Source: Pocillopora damicornis | Taxonomy: Eukaryota | Direction: 5' to 3' | Assembly: GCF_003704095.1 (NCBI RefSeq) | Contig: NW_020843834.1 | Span: 62,001-126,000, forward strand | DNA: 64,000 bases | Part shown: in pieces, positions 63,657 through 64,000 of the stretch | Layout of the letters: the number at the start of each line of letters is the position of its first letter | How positions within the stretch are numbered: the stretch's first letter is position 1 | Made by a program: the position numbers and the translations under genes | Notes under the pieces: model-generated | The model's input: the letters and a program-made list of their open reading frames with translations, nothing else | Told to the model about the DNA's origin: nothing | Database searches by the model: none

Positions 63657-64000
63657 GTAAGTACAATTTTTCTTGATGTGTCCATCTTTAACTCTTTGAC
63701 TCTCAGAGGTGATGAACGTGTAATGATATCTTAGTAATATACATACATTATCCAGCAAACAGGTTAGGAGAATACTCAAACTTATCAAGTAAAAATTGTT
63801 ATCTTGATCTAACACCAAATTCTCGCAACTAATTTACAACGAAGTGTGTAGCAGCGAGAGGGGAGAAGTAACAACCAGATCTGGGGAGTGAAAGGGTCAA
63901 TCTTAATTTTTCCTCTTTTTTTTTTTTTTCTGTGAAAGAATCAGTAAAAGAATTCAGATTTTCATCTTTATCATTCAAAGCACCAAATGAATGTAATGTG

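Overview
Eukaryotic, AT-rich, intron-containing animal DNA. The gene families and repeat families suggest a scleractinian coral, but this is an inference. There are four assembly gaps (39944-40043, 41911-42010, 55742-55802, 62880-63211). Contents from left to right: (1) Three tandem class A (rhodopsin-like) GPCR genes with single-exon CDSs. Each has a conserved upstream TATA/Inr promoter and a ~50-nt non-coding first exon; the predicted first intron of GPCR-1 holds a 4.45-kb TTAA-flanked element with ~1.1-kb inverted repeats. (2) A decayed L1/Tx1-type LINE fragment. (3) A head-to-head pair of intronless, stand-alone PH-domain genes. (4) An SSUH2-like cluster: one complete 13-coding-exon gene, a gap-fragmented recent duplicate whose zinc-finger exons are strongly diverged at the protein level, and a more distant paralog running off the window. 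(5) Embedded in that cluster on the opposite strand, an unrecognised 6-exon gene for a ~555-aa predicted type I membrane protein with about twenty Trp-periodic 11-residue amphipathic repeats, plus a truncated pseudogene copy. Many short TTAA-type MITEs and Penelope-like termini with decayed hammerhead-ribozyme cores are scattered throughout. All exon models were built by hand from GT-AG sites and reading-frame phase. No database searches were run.
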